Positions 14,136 to 27,125 of a stretch of 64,000 bases of DNA are shown here, one piece after another (the first letter of the stretch is position 1; each line of letters starts with the position of its first letter). The stretch lies in NCBI RefSeq assembly GCF_006345805.1, contig NC_043015.1:2170001-2234000 (forward strand). Reading direction: 5' to 3'. The stretch comes from Octopus sinensis. Lineage: Eukaryota. A program made the position numbers and the translations under genes. The notes under the pieces are model-generated. The model was given only the letters and a program-made list of their open reading frames with translations, was not told the DNA's origin and made no database searches.

Positions 14136-15722
14136 TCATATAGGTAGATAGATACGTAGAGAGAGAGGGGAAGAAAAAGGAGGGGAATGGAGATCACCCT
14201 TCCTACACACAATTCATTTATTTATTTAGTCAATTACCATTGTATTGAAATGGTTTTAAGTATGGTGACCTCTTCAAGAAAAAAAGAAAGAAACGTGTGA
14301 TGTGGTCATCACGGAAAGTCGTTTTGCTTTCTTTCTCACCTTTTCCCCATCTTTCCACTTTTTTACTTTTCTTCTCGTTTTCCTATGCTCTTTCTTTTCT
14401 TCTTTTTCCCTCTTCCTTTTTTTTTCTCCTCTGACTTATGTTTACAATACAAAATATAGTGTGTCTTCTTTTCTTTCAAATAATCAATTTTAGAGAGAAT
14501 TTTTGGATGATATGTATTTCTGAATATTTACAGAGATGAGCATTATGTTTCCAATATTTTAGTCATATTTTTGAATACAAAATGCACTGTAACCGCTTTT
14601 CTGTCAAACATAAAATTTTGGAGTACATTTTCTAATGAAGTATACTTCCATTGATTTTCAGGATTGCAGATCGTCCAATGCACATTTGTGGAAGAGAAAA
14701 ATTTTAGAATTTTCCATCGCTGCATATTTCCAGATGCTTACTTAATGGAATCTTGCTCTTTGATTTTAAGTAGGAACCACTTTCTAAGTATTTGAATTTG
14801 CTGTTGCTGTTGCATAATCCACATCTATCTCCCCATTCTATTACTAAGAATTCTGATTCATTCTCCGATTGTGATGTGTTTTTCAACATTTTTTGGTCGT
14901 TGTCTACTATTCCGTAAGGGTTTTTTTTTCCGTGTGGGGCTTTGTAGGTGTATAGATAAGTTCGATTTTATGGCGTGAAAGATGTTGGTTATTGAAAGAC
15001 TGTGTTTTAACGAACGGAATCGTGTTTTCATTAACTATTTCCTTAGGTGTCTATAGTTGGGTGATGTTCGGTTTCATTGTTTTTTTAAAATTCCCTGATT
15101 AATTAATCTAAAGGGGCATTTTTGCATTGTAAAGAAGCCTTTGAGTTCGTTGAGTAGAATTTCACATACTTTGGGGTCACTCGCTATAGCACAGATGCAT
15201 CTTGCCATGCTGTATGACATGTTCGTTTTCATGTGTGATGGATGGCAAGAGAAGGTATTTAAATATTGCTGTGTGTCGGATATTCTGCAAAATAGATCTG
15301 TTGTGAAAGTGGAGTTCTGTATTTTTTTATGAATATCCAGGAATGGCAAATCATTGTAACTGGGTTCTGTCGTGAATTTGATGGATGGGTGAAGTGTGCT
15401 CAGTATATTGTTAAATAGAAGATGAAGCAATCATCAAGGGAGCGTTTTCACTTTTTAATATATTTCTAGTAAATGAATGGTGAATAGAAAAGTGGTTCCC
15501 CCTCCTCTCTCTCCCTCTATCTATCAACCGCTCTACCTACCTCTGTTTCTGTCTATCTATCTATCTCCACTTTCATGGAAATTTTACTCCAACACACACA
15601 AAAAAAAGCAAAAACAATGTTCTCCTGTTCTAAATAACCAGCCACGCAAAAACAAAAGTGTTTTATATAAATGAACACGTTGTTTGTACATTCACAAAAT
15701 TCTATTTGACAAGTTCGAGAAA
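13869..15722. repeat. Long imperfect inverted repeat (arms 13869-14220 and 15470-15722)
   Basis: Outer 64 bp match 59/64 in reverse complement; weaker colinear similarity continues inward through a GATA array to ATTCATTTA. Confidence 0.8.
14560..15440 (-). mobile_element. Penelope-like element remnant (RT C-terminus, linker, GIY-YIG tail), pseudogenised
   Basis: ORF 15074-15430 has ILSTLHPSIKFT...LPFLDI...TDLF...DTQQYL...SCHPSH...SMARCIC (PLE RT motifs); downstream NTIPFV and KIPLSKHLEICSDGKF. Confidence 0.9.
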
Positions 15723-15731
15723 CGACATTGT

Positions 15732-15830
15732 GACATTGGCAATCTGCCGATAAAATATATTTCCGCTTCCTTGTTTTAACATTTCTTGATTCCAGTACCA
15801 GAAATTCTGTTACTGTAGCCTATATATGTA
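15732..15830 (+). repeat. Direct repeat with 17130-17232
   Basis: 47 identical bp (15732-15778 = 17130-17176), then partial similarity to TGTTACTGTAGCCTATA. Confidence 0.9.
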
Positions 15831-15864
15831 TGTATGCATATAAATATATATATATATCTATATA

Positions 15865-15895
<31 letters not shown>

Positions 15896-16024
15896 AATAC
15901 ATGTATATAAATACATGTACATAAATACATATATATATATATAATATATTATATATATATATATATATATACTATATATATATATACATATATGTATATA
16001 TATACATCAGTATACATACATATG

Positions 16025-16074
<50 letters not shown>

Positions 16075-16477
16075 ATAATATATAATATATATATATATAT
16101 TATATATATAATATATATAGCTGTATATGTGTCTGTGTGTAGAAATGAACGGAAGTGCCAGTAATAATGAATAAATAAAAAGATTTTCCAAAAGATTTTT
16201 TTTAATATTCAATATCGGTACAGCACACCTAACACTACACACACACACGCGCGCACATGTACATTATATATATATATATATTATATATATATATATATAT
16301 ATACGCATGACAAATATGTATATGCGTGGGTCTGTGTGTACATATGTCTTTATTTATCTCCCTATGCATGCGTGTGAATGAGTGCGTCGTATGTATGAGT
16401 GTGTGTATGTATGTGTAAATAAATATTTATCAAGATTTAATAAATATGTATATGATTCTGCGTATGTACAAATATAC

Positions 16478-17068
16478 GTATCTCTATTCGTGTAAGGGAC
16501 TGCGCAGCGTTTCTATGCTTGACAACATGATACATCGTTAATATGCACCTAGGAAGTACGATATACAGATAAACAGAAAGAAAGACAGAGGGATACAACC
16601 CCCTGTTTCCATGAATTTACGTTTGTATACCTACATGTTTTGACTTACATTTCTTCACAAAACATCAAACCATTCCATCCAGCTGGATATTAATAAAAGA
16701 AGGTACATCTTAGAACTCTCAAAACATTTTAAATTCTCCCTTCATATTGCAAAAAACACAACCAAAAACCTACCGACAGATTAAGTGGAAAAACAACTAT
16801 GTATTTGTATAAGTATCTATAGTTTTATATATAAATGTGTATACTGTGTGTATACGTTTATATCAGTGTATAAACGCATAAATAAAGCAATCACTGTAGT
16901 TACTATTGCTACATTATTTAGACGAATTCACCTGTCCTTCCGTTGATTTATCAATATTTATGTAAAGATCTAATTTATTTTGTCTATTTACAGTTTTGTA
17001 TTATATTTTTATCGTTGCTTTTGTTGTTGTTCTGGTTGTTGTTGTTGTTGTTTTTTACTTGTTTTCAT
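16478..17068 (-). CDS. Candidate spliced gene start (exons 17068-17059, 16682-16649, 16548-16478); product unknown
   Basis: caacaATG AAA ACA A|GTAAAA; ccttcttttattaatatccag|34 nt|GTAAGT; long pyrimidine tract ...cttcctag|71 nt|GTATAT. The only open frame of each internal exon matches the incoming phase: MKTTGWNGLMFCEEMCILTMYHVVKHRNAAQSLTRIEI. Confidence 0.3.
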
Positions 17069-17289
17069 TGTTGATTTTCTTTCTCTGCTCGTTTCTGTTC
17101 TACTCTCGCGCAGTCATGTGTGAGAATGCGACATTGGCAATCTGCCGATAAAATATATTTCCGCTTCCTTGTTTTACCATTTCTTGTTTCCTGCATCAGA
17201 GCACCACAAACTGTGTTACTGTAGCCTATACATAAACATATACATATACATATATATATATGTATGTATATACATACATACATATATAC

Positions 17290-17328
<39 letters not shown>

Positions 17329-17355
17329 ATACATACATATATATATATATGTATC

Positions 17356-17386
<31 letters not shown>

Positions 17387-17391
17387 GTATA

Positions 17392-17422
<31 letters not shown>

Positions 17423-17458
17423 TATATATATATATAATATATTTATATGTAAGAAATG

Positions 17459-17497
<39 letters not shown>

Positions 17498-17523
17498 ATA
17501 TATTTATATGTAAGAAATGTATG

Positions 17524-17577
<54 letters not shown>

Positions 17578-17642
17578 CATATATGTCTATAAATATGTAT
17601 GCATGTATGCATATATATTTATATTTATGTATATATGAGTGA

Positions 17643-17677
<35 letters not shown>

Positions 17678-18393
17678 TATATATATATAATATATATATA
17701 TATCCTACACGTTCGTCTCTATGAAGTTCTATTCTCTGTATTTGAATGCCAGATGTATATTAACATCATCTTTGTCGCTCCGTCTTCGTTTCTGTCTCAT
17801 TCAGTCTTTCTCTCTCTCCCACTCTCCCTCTCTCTTTCCGCTTCATCTGAAGCTGCTGCTCATATTCCAGTATATGTCAGTTTCATTCTTTCTGTTTCCT
17901 TTTCTTTCACTGGCCTTCTTTGTGATTTTCGCTTTTTAGATTTTGTTTATCTATTTTGACGTCTTGTTTCAAAATTCAAGTTGTAATGTTTATATATTAT
18001 TTAAGAACAAAATATTAATATGTATGCTAAAGATTCCTTCTTGTTACATTGACAGAAATATTCGTGCAGTAAGAAACATTCAGTTGGATAAGTATTTACG
18101 TTTCTTTGCTTTCGTTGTTTTAACCATTCAACGATCAACTTTGATTCTTCTCTTTCAGATGTATCGAAAACAGTGTACTGGGTGTGAACTGGAGACGATT
18201 TAATAGAATATTTACTCCGTTAGAATCCCCAGCATTGTCTTTAATTCAGAAATGGAGAGTGTTGCATCATGAAATTTACTGCTTGACGGTCAAAAGCTAT
18301 TCCCTAATTTATTTGGGTATCTTTTCCGATAATGATACAAATTTTGTCCTTAATATTTTTCTTTCTTATTCTTTTGAGTTTTTCAAAACAAAT

Positions 18394-18553
18394 AGGAGTC
18401 AGTGGCTCTGTGGTAAGTAGCTTGCTTAACAACCACATGAATCTGAGTTCAGTCCCACTGCGTGGCACCCTGGACAGGTGTCTCCTACTATAGATTCGGG
18501 CGGACCAAAGTTTGGGAGTGGAATTGGTAGACGGAAACTGAAAGAAGCCCCTC

Positions 18554-18595
<42 letters not shown>

Positions 18596-18724
18596 ATATG
18601 TTAGTGCCTGTGTTTGTTCTCCCAGCATCGTTTGACAACAGATGGTGGTGTGTTTACCTTCCCATAACTTAGCGGTTCGGCAAAAGAGACCGATAAAATA
18701 AGTAGTATGCTTCCAAAGAATAAA
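18394..18724 (+). mobile_element. SINE family A, 3'-truncated
   Basis: GTGGCTCTGTGGTAAGTAGCTTGCTTAACAACCACATG...GAGTTCAGTCCCACTGCGTGGCACC; central TA run. Confidence 0.9.
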
Positions 18725-19499
18725 TAATATACCAGTCTTTAGCCAGAAGTTTATATAATACGACGATAAAAATTTGAACTGTATTTCCCTGCGTGGGGAA
18801 CCATTAGAAAATATACAGTGTTTGGTATTATTTCGACTGTACTTAAAACGGTGACTCTGATAGTTTGTGAAGTGTTTTTCCTTCCTGAAATCAAATGCTG
18901 CCAAGTCAAACTTTCGTTCTCTGATCGATATAGTAAATACAAAACAGAATGGAATTAAGTCAACCGTATCCGCCTACTTAAACAATTTCCTCCATAAGAA
19001 CATGCTCCTCTTTGTAAGCGAGAAATGCTAAAATCTGCTGCCCAACTTCCAAATAAGGAAATGAATTGGATTGCATAGAGTCGATGTATTGTAAGAGCGT
19101 TACGGCTTGTGTAAAATGGCGCGACTTACCACCGTTTATATTTTATGTTCCAGGATAGGACAATTATCTACATTTTTATCGGTTGAAGAGCAATAATATA
19201 CGTAAATATAATTTGTTGCAGATCCGATGTCAACTGTTCTTCTCAAAGAGCCGAAGACTATAATATTGTACTAGCGAACTGCAGGTGTCGATTTAATGTA
19301 CCAAGTTACTCAAAGAAACTGCTAGTCATGTGTCTAATGATAATCAATACTCGAGTTTCTTAAAGTAATTCTTTTAGTTCGACGTGTCGTATTTGATCCT
19401 ACTCTTTATAATTTAAATCCCAAGAAATGTAAATTTGACTTTCATCTGTCCAGAGTGGGCTTTCCCTGTCCACAACTGTAGCTTGATGCCCACAGTCCC

Positions 19500-19745
19500 T
19501 TCTCATTTCATCGTCCCCCGCTCCTCTTGTTCTTCTTCCTCCTCCTCTTGTTCTACTTCCTCCTCCTCCTGTTGTTCTACCTTTTCTTCTTCCTCGTCTT
19601 CTTCCCCTTCCTCTTCTTCTATCTCCTCTCTTTCTTCTTCTTCCCGTTCTTCTTTCCCATCTTCTTCTCCTTCTTCTTCTTCTTCTTCTTCTTCTTCTTC
19701 TTCTTCATCTTCTTCTTCTTCTTCTTCTTCTTCTTCTTCTTCTAT
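19500..19745. repeat. (TTC)n / pyrimidine-rich low-complexity tract
   Basis: Direct inspection. Confidence 0.9.
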
Positions 19746-20459
19746 ACCAAATATGTTTTCTTTTTATACTTGATGCCATTAGAACAGTAAATCCTTTACA
19801 TATCACACACCGTTGTTAGTAACAATAGAAAACAAACATGATAAGTTTCCCAATAATTATAGCAGAATTCTCAAAAATATTTTGACAGTGGTCGCAAGAA
19901 GATATATTGAGCTATGAATTTTAACACATGAGGTGAGGACAATTAGGTCAACGATCAACATGGTTACGCCCTAAATTCAAATTTCACCGTGTTCAAATTA
20001 GTACTTTCTCATTCTAATTTCGGTGTTTGTATGCATAGATATGTATGTGGTGTGGGGTCAGAAAATGCTTTGTGGAATATTAAAATTTGTTTCAGTTTTA
20101 TTGATGAAACCTCGCTTCTCATTCCAACAATTATGTCGACGCTTACAACATACACCAATTATAGATATTTGCTCGACTTGTAGTGCACATGCAAGAAAAT
20201 ATAATGCATGAAGAGAATAATTACTTTTAGACATGGCGTTAATGCCATATAATTTCGCGTTACGCATAATTCCGAATCCCATTGAGGTGAAATTGTCTTA
20301 ATTTTTCTAGTTGTATACCACAATTGACAGTAAGTGGTACATTTGATATAATAGAATGTCGCCTGTCCCGGAGGTTGAGGTTAAAATGTTATTATAGACA
20401 TCAATATACTGATATACAGTAATATTTCTTCATATAATATATATATATATATATATAAA

Positions 20460-20976
20460 CTAGCAGTATCGCCCGGCGTTGCTCGGGTTTGTAAGGGAAA
20501 TAACTATATAAACATTTTTAGAGAGTTACTTCCCTTATAGATGCCAATTCGGGCTTTCTTAGCCATTTCTATTTTGGTGTCTTCAAGCCATGAAGTCGTT
20601 GTTCTAAAAGAACGCTGGTCTCCTTGACAACGCTTTACGGCGTTGATTTCCTTACACTCCCTTCCCCACAGCTTCACGAGGGTGGGAAGAAGGGGAAGAA
20701 GTAAACACAGGTGCAGGTGTTTGAGCGTGGACGCCAACTCCGCCGCCATCGACACACGAAAAATTATGCATTAAAATGGAATAAAAAATGATGTTAAATT
20801 ATTTTAAAAATCGTAGACTCATCGTAGACGCGCGCTAATAGCCAGACGGGCTCGATAATAATAACGACTATAAGATACCCGAATTTGGTTAAACTGCACC
20901 GCAAAATGTGGGAGGAGTTAGGAATCTAAATCGAAGGGGACAGACACTCACACAACTAGAGTTTTATATATATAGA
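20460..20976 (-). mobile_element. Non-autonomous Helitron, copy 1
   Basis: Minus strand: A|TCTATATATATAAAAC ... hairpin CCCGAGCAACGCCGGG ... CTAG|T, i.e. canonical 5' TC, 3' hairpin, CTRR end and A/T insertion site. Confidence 0.88.
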
Positions 20977-21055
20977 TATATATACGTGAGCGTCAGTATT
21001 TTTTACACACACACATACACGCATATATATATATATATATATAATATATATAATA

Positions 21056-21553
21056 TATATATATAAAACTGTAGTTGTGTGAGTGTCTGTCCCCTTCGAT
21101 TTAGATTCCTAACTACACCCACATTTTGCGGTGCAGTTTAACCAAATTCGGGTATCTTATAGTCGTGATTCATATCGAGCCCGTCTGAGTATTAGCGCGC
21201 GTCTACGATGAGTCTACGATTTTAAAAATAATTTAACATCATTTTTTCTTCCATTTTAATGCACAATTTTTCGTGTGTCGATGGCGGCAGAGTTGGCGTC
21301 CATGGTCACACCTGCACCTGTGTTCTCCCCCTTCTTCCCTCCCTCGTGAAGCTGTGGGGAAGGGAGTGTAAGGAAATCGACATCGTAAAGCGTTGTCAAG
21401 ACCAGCGTTCTTTTAGAACAACGACTTCATGGCTTGAAGACACCAAAACAGAAATGGCTAAGAAAGCCCGAATTGGCATCTATAAGGGAAGTAACTCTCT
21501 AAAAATGTAGATATTTCCCTTACAAACCCGAGCAACGCCGTGCAATACTGCTA

Positions 21554-21554
<1 letters not shown>
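21056..21554 (+). mobile_element. Non-autonomous Helitron, copy 2
   Basis: Reverse complement of copy 1 with substitutions and indels; ends CCCGAGCAACGCCGTGCAATACTGCTAG|T; 5' end merges into a TA run. Confidence 0.88.
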
Positions 21555-21618
<64 letters not shown>

Positions 21619-21923
21619 TCGTGGAGTATATTTGCCACTTCTCGTCAGTGTAAAAAGGATATATGTTTTTGCATCGGTATAGCTCTTCACATCGATAACC
21701 GGTGACCGACAAGCGCCAATGACGGGTCAATACCCAGAAACCCGGGTATGACCTCCTTTTGCAAATACTGATAGGGCACAGAAAGTGTGCCAATAGCATG
21801 CTGGAGGTGTCCTCCTGGGTCCACAAGCTACAGTAACATCCACCCTTAATGTTTAGCCAAATTTAAGTGGTAAATATACTTCACGATGTTATGCAGCTAC
21901 TGTGTATACCTCGCTCAGAGATT

Positions 21924-22134
<211 letters not shown>

Positions 22135-23413
22135 TATATATATACGCACAACTGTGCGCCCGCTGACACACACGTACAAAATCTCATATATATGCTTGTG
22201 TATGTGCTTAATAACATGGTATCAAGAAAAAAATAAGAATGAATCGCCATAATGATATATTATCACTCTGGCAGAGAAAAAAATCTGTTTTCTGGGAAAC
22301 AACAATATATTACCATAGTTCATAAAAATAAAGTGCTCGCGTCTGGATTGAAGTGACAGCAAAAATACGAATGTTTACTCTTCCGTAGTAACTTTTATAG
22401 ATTTACGATGTGTACAAGAATTTATATGACAATTATGTACATATAAGCACAAAAAGTCTATCAATTTGAACAAATAAAACGAATAAACATATAACGTATT
22501 ACAGAGATGAAAATAAGAAGAAAATTGTGATTTTGATATTATACATATATTTCTTAAACGATATTACATTTATGTTGTACGTGCAGGAAAATTGTTTTTT
22601 ATATCATTTTAAACCAAAACTGCAATATTTGAGAAGGTATAGAACTTTTGTCGCAGCCTATTTGTCGTCTCTCGTAGGAAGGTGACTTATTTGACCTTGA
22701 ACTTATCACTGTTTTCCTCGTTCTCTCCTTCCCTGTTTCTCTATCTCTCTGTTTATATGTGTGAGCATATGCTCCTTTATTCGTAACAGGTGACGAAATA
22801 TTCTTACACTAATCATCTTCAGTCAATAAATTGCACCGTATCACTCTCTCTCTCTCTCTCTCTCTCGCTGTCTCTATCTATCTTTCCTTCCTCAATCATT
22901 GCAATATCTATAATTTTATGCAAATCTGCACGCGTGTACAGAAATGTACGTGAGTGTGTGTGCGTGTATGTCAGCGTGTATGTGCATATGTGTGCATCTG
23001 TGTGTATGTGTGTGTGTGTGTCTGTGTGTTTGCTTGTCTGCAGTACCAAAGCGTTTTGTTACCAAAACAGGTTGAAGGTTGAGGCAGCTGGGCTATATTC
23101 TCAGCGTCAGAAAAGTAGCCCCCTATATATTCATCATCCAGCGCAAACTAGATATATATTCAGAATGTTCTATGATTTTTTGCCAAAAAACGTTTATCAG
23201 AAAATTATAAGCGTCTTGGGAGGGGGCAGCTTAATATATATTTTCGAAATACATTTTAAAATCTTCCACAATATTGAAATACAGAACATACGTACAATGC
23301 AATGACGGTGTGCATTACGACAATAAACGAAAATGAAGTTTAATTGAAGTCCACCAGTAAGATGATAAACTGTATATAAGATAAATATCTTTGCATGTAT
23401 TTATAACATGAAA

Positions 23414-23995
23414 GTATGGTAAGAAGTTTGTATCCGGTTTCAGTCCTATTGCGAGGCACCTTCGGCAAGTGTCTTTTCCCATAGCGTCGTGACAACCAAA
23501 GCTGTGTGAATGAATTTGGTATATGAAAATATTAAGAAGCTCATCGTGTTTTCATCTACCAAAATCATTTGCACATCTTTGGTCGGCACGTCACTATGGG
23601 AAAAGATAAAATTAATGAAATATATATATATATCTGTTACTTATCATAAGAGAAATGATATATTGCCAGAAGAATTGATAACATAAAAAAAATTAATTAA
23701 ATAAAATTATCAATAATACATTCTTGAAAAATGCTATAGGTGAAAGGACGTTCTTGAAAAATGCTATAGGTGAAAGGACATTTTGTAACAAAATTAATGA
23801 AAGTTCATCATTTAAGAAGAACTATGTATTAATTAATAGATGAAAAAGCCACAGTTATGTAATTGTAGCCCTCACCCTAACACTAACACTAACACTAATT
23901 TCCCAACTACCGCTTTACAACCGATGTCGGTTTGTTTACATTCCATTAACTTAACAATTCGGCAAAAAGATCCCAGCAGAATAAGTACCAGGCGC
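23414..23995 (+). mobile_element. Decayed SINE family A split by an internal insert (5' half 23414-23547, 3' half 23900-23995)
   Basis: GAGGCACCTTCGGCAAGTGTCTT in the 5' half; GCTTTACAACCGATG...GGCAAAAAGA...GAATAAGTAC in the 3' half. Confidence 0.7.
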
Positions 23996-24646
23996 AAAAA
24001 ATAAATAGGTACAGATATTAATTCATTTGAACTGAACTATTCGAGTTTGTTCTCCAGTATGACCGTCGATTAGCGAGTTAAATAAATAAAGAATAAAACA
24101 TAAAATATCAGTGCTGAACCGTGACTTTAAAAAAATAACCGAACGACATTCAGTACTAGATTTAAGCGAAAAACTGTAAACCAGAATGAAGTTGCGTTGG
24201 TTCAAACATAACTCCAATACCGATTTCCCGAAAAGCAGTCTAAGAAATTTCAGAATTAATTGAAATAAATAACATCTGATTTTAAATTAAAGCATTGTAC
24301 TTTCTGCAGACAAGTTATCAACATAGTAAACTGATATTTACCTTTCGACTCTACTTATTCAAAACGGAACCTGAAGTGAAGTTCTCTAAATTTAATTCAG
24401 TTAATAAGATGAAATTAATGAAATATATATATATATATATATCCGTTACTTATCATATGACAAATGATATATTACCAGAAGAACTGAATACATGAAACAA
24501 TTTAATTAAATAAAATTATCAATAATACATTATTGAAAAATGCTATAGGTGATAGAACATTGTGTAATAAAATTAATGAAAGTTCATCATTTAAGAAGAA
24601 AGTATTAATTAATAGGTGAAAAAAAGTCACAGTTATGTAATTGTAG
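23603..24646 (+). repeat. ~250 bp direct repeat (23603-23868 and 24406-24646)
   Basis: Colinear AT-rich copies; copy 1 has an extra 30 bp tandem duplication at 23721-23780. Confidence 0.9.
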
Positions 24647-24983
24647 TTATTAACTTGTTATTGCTGCGTGGGAAGTTAGACATTGACGAATATCAGTCTG
24701 CATTCCGATATCTCCTTTGGAGGCACGGTATAAAAGGAACTATAAGGAACATCTGTATGTTAATGAATGGTATTTCGCAACTTAGTATTAATACACACAA
24801 TAGAATGTTCTTTTGTTGGCTGTTGGCAGCAAAGCATATCCTTCCGAAGATTTGACTGAACAATCTTGGTCTTGGTCTGTAAATGGCCGAGGACAGAGTG
24901 AAATCGATATCTGGAGTATAAACTGTACACTTCCTCCCAGCTTATTATAGGACACTTATGTGCATATTATAATGAAGCTGGTA

Positions 24984-25373
24984 ACTCTATTTTACTTGTT
25001 TCAGTTATTTGACTGTGGCCATGCTGGAGCACCGCCTTTAGTCGAGCAAATCTACACCAGGACTTATTCTTTGTAAGTCTAGTATTGATTCTATCGGTCT
25101 ATTTTGTCGAACCGCTAAGTTACGGGGACGTAAACACACCAGCATCGGTTGTCAAGCGATATTAGGGGGACAAATTCAGACACCCAAACAGACACACACA
25201 TATTTATATACATATATACGGCGGGCGTCTTTCGGTTTCCGTTTACCAAATCCACTCCCAAGGCTTTGGTCGGCCTGAAGCTACATTAGAAGACACTCGC
25301 CCAAAATGCCACGCAGTGGGACTGAACCCGGAACCATGTGGTTGATAAGCAAGCTACTTACCACACAGCCTCT
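24984..25373 (-). mobile_element. SINE family A, near full length
   Basis: Minus: GGCTGTGTGGTAAGTAGCTTGC...GGTTCCGGGTTCAGTCCCACTGCGTGGCA; tail ...CCAGCATGGCCACAGTCAAATAACTGAAACAAGTAAAATAGAGT. Confidence 0.92.
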
Positions 25374-26856
25374 CTTAAGCCTTATTCTGTACAAGAATGC
25401 AGCTCTGTATTAACTCGCTTAATATTGGGAAGAAATTCGTTTGATCTTCTTCTGCTTGCATAATCATGATGAATAGTTTTGAACCGCTTCCCCTCTGAAT
25501 CATTCAATTATTTGTCGTAAACTTTCAGAGGGAAATGCTTTGATAACAAGGACAATATTATATGCTGCGGATTCCTCCGTTCCCTACATTTCTTTTGGAA
25601 TTTCTGAATTGCTATGAAAGGCATGATCCTTATATACTCGAATCCATTTCATCTTACTTGAAGTTCCCTAGCAATGACCGGCACTAATTTACGATATTAT
25701 TTACTACTTGGGATTGCCGACATTTTCCCCCGATTCTATTGTGTTGGTGAAAACGGCCGAATCAGAAACATCCTGAAGCATTATCCATTGGTCTAAGTTG
25801 CTGTGCAAGAAACTCCTCAATTTCGGGTACACAATGCTTGCCTAAAATTCTAAATCACCCTTTAGATTTGAACCTCTTGTGCTGCTTTCCCAATTTCTGG
25901 CTGCCATATGAATATCAAAAAGCAAAGTGATAATCAAATATTGTAAGATCGTCTGTAACTGCTCTCAGAGTAAATGAAAAACAATATTCTACATGATTCG
26001 TCGCCCTATAAAAATATATAGTCTACAGGAAGAAAAAAGTATTTGCCGTAATTTCTTCCTCATAAGCAATATTTAAGAGCTGAACGTGAAATTCATGGTG
26101 AGAATGTTTACGAACATATGATTGCCGTTTCAAAGGAGACTTGCTGCTAAATATATAGAAAATGACAAGCTATGGCAACATTAGAAGCGCTAATATAGAA
26201 ATAAGGAGAGGGCACTTCTATTTTTTTTGTTTTTCTTTACATCAACAGGAAATATATTATTTGCAGAAATAAGTAAAACAAAAACATATACAACAATGTG
26301 CACACACAGCGACATATAAAAACAATACACATGAAAAAAAATTATGAACTGCAACAAATTTAGTACAAAAAATATAAACTCGCGAAGATGTCACAAGTTG
26401 CGACAAAAATTAACGGCATGAAACGACATACACAACAATAACGAGCAACAACAATTTTATATGGTTGATAACGGTTATAGTGATGATGATGTCGAGAAGG
26501 AGGTATTGCACTTAATGATCTGAGTAGTAGTAGTAGTAGTATAGTAGTAGTAGTAGTAACGACTATGACGTTTTGGATAAAAAAGAACTTTAAAAAAAAC
26601 TGAAAGTAGAAAATTAAAAGAAAATTAAATAAAATATGGCATTCACTACCTCGTTTATTTCTATTGTGAAAAGATTGATTTCAGGATAAAATATCGATTA
26701 TCTGCCCCTTTGTTATCAATAAGTACGCCATGCACGTTGAACATGTTGTGTATAATTCACGATGACAAATGGCTTCCAATCAAGCAATAACACAACACAT
26801 GTTTGGAATTTTCATTGAATTTTTCGAACATTTTTCAAATAAAATTCGAAGCCAAT

Positions 26857-27061
26857 ACCAATACTACTACTACTACTACTACTACTGCTACTATTACTAC
26901 TACCGCCACCACCACCACCACCGCTGCTGCTACTACTATTGCTGCTACAACTACTACTGCTACCAATACTAATGCTGCTGCTACTACTACTACTACTGCT
27001 GCTGCTACTACTACTGCTGCTGCTGCTGCTACTACTACTACTACTACTACTACTACCAGTA

Positions 27062-27094
<33 letters not shown>

Positions 27095-27125
27095 TTTCTA
27101 CCATTGCTACTAGTACCACCACCAA
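26857..27125. repeat. (TAC)n/(TGC)n trinucleotide tract
   Basis: Direct inspection; gives poly-T/A/Y/L ORFs. Confidence 0.9.
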
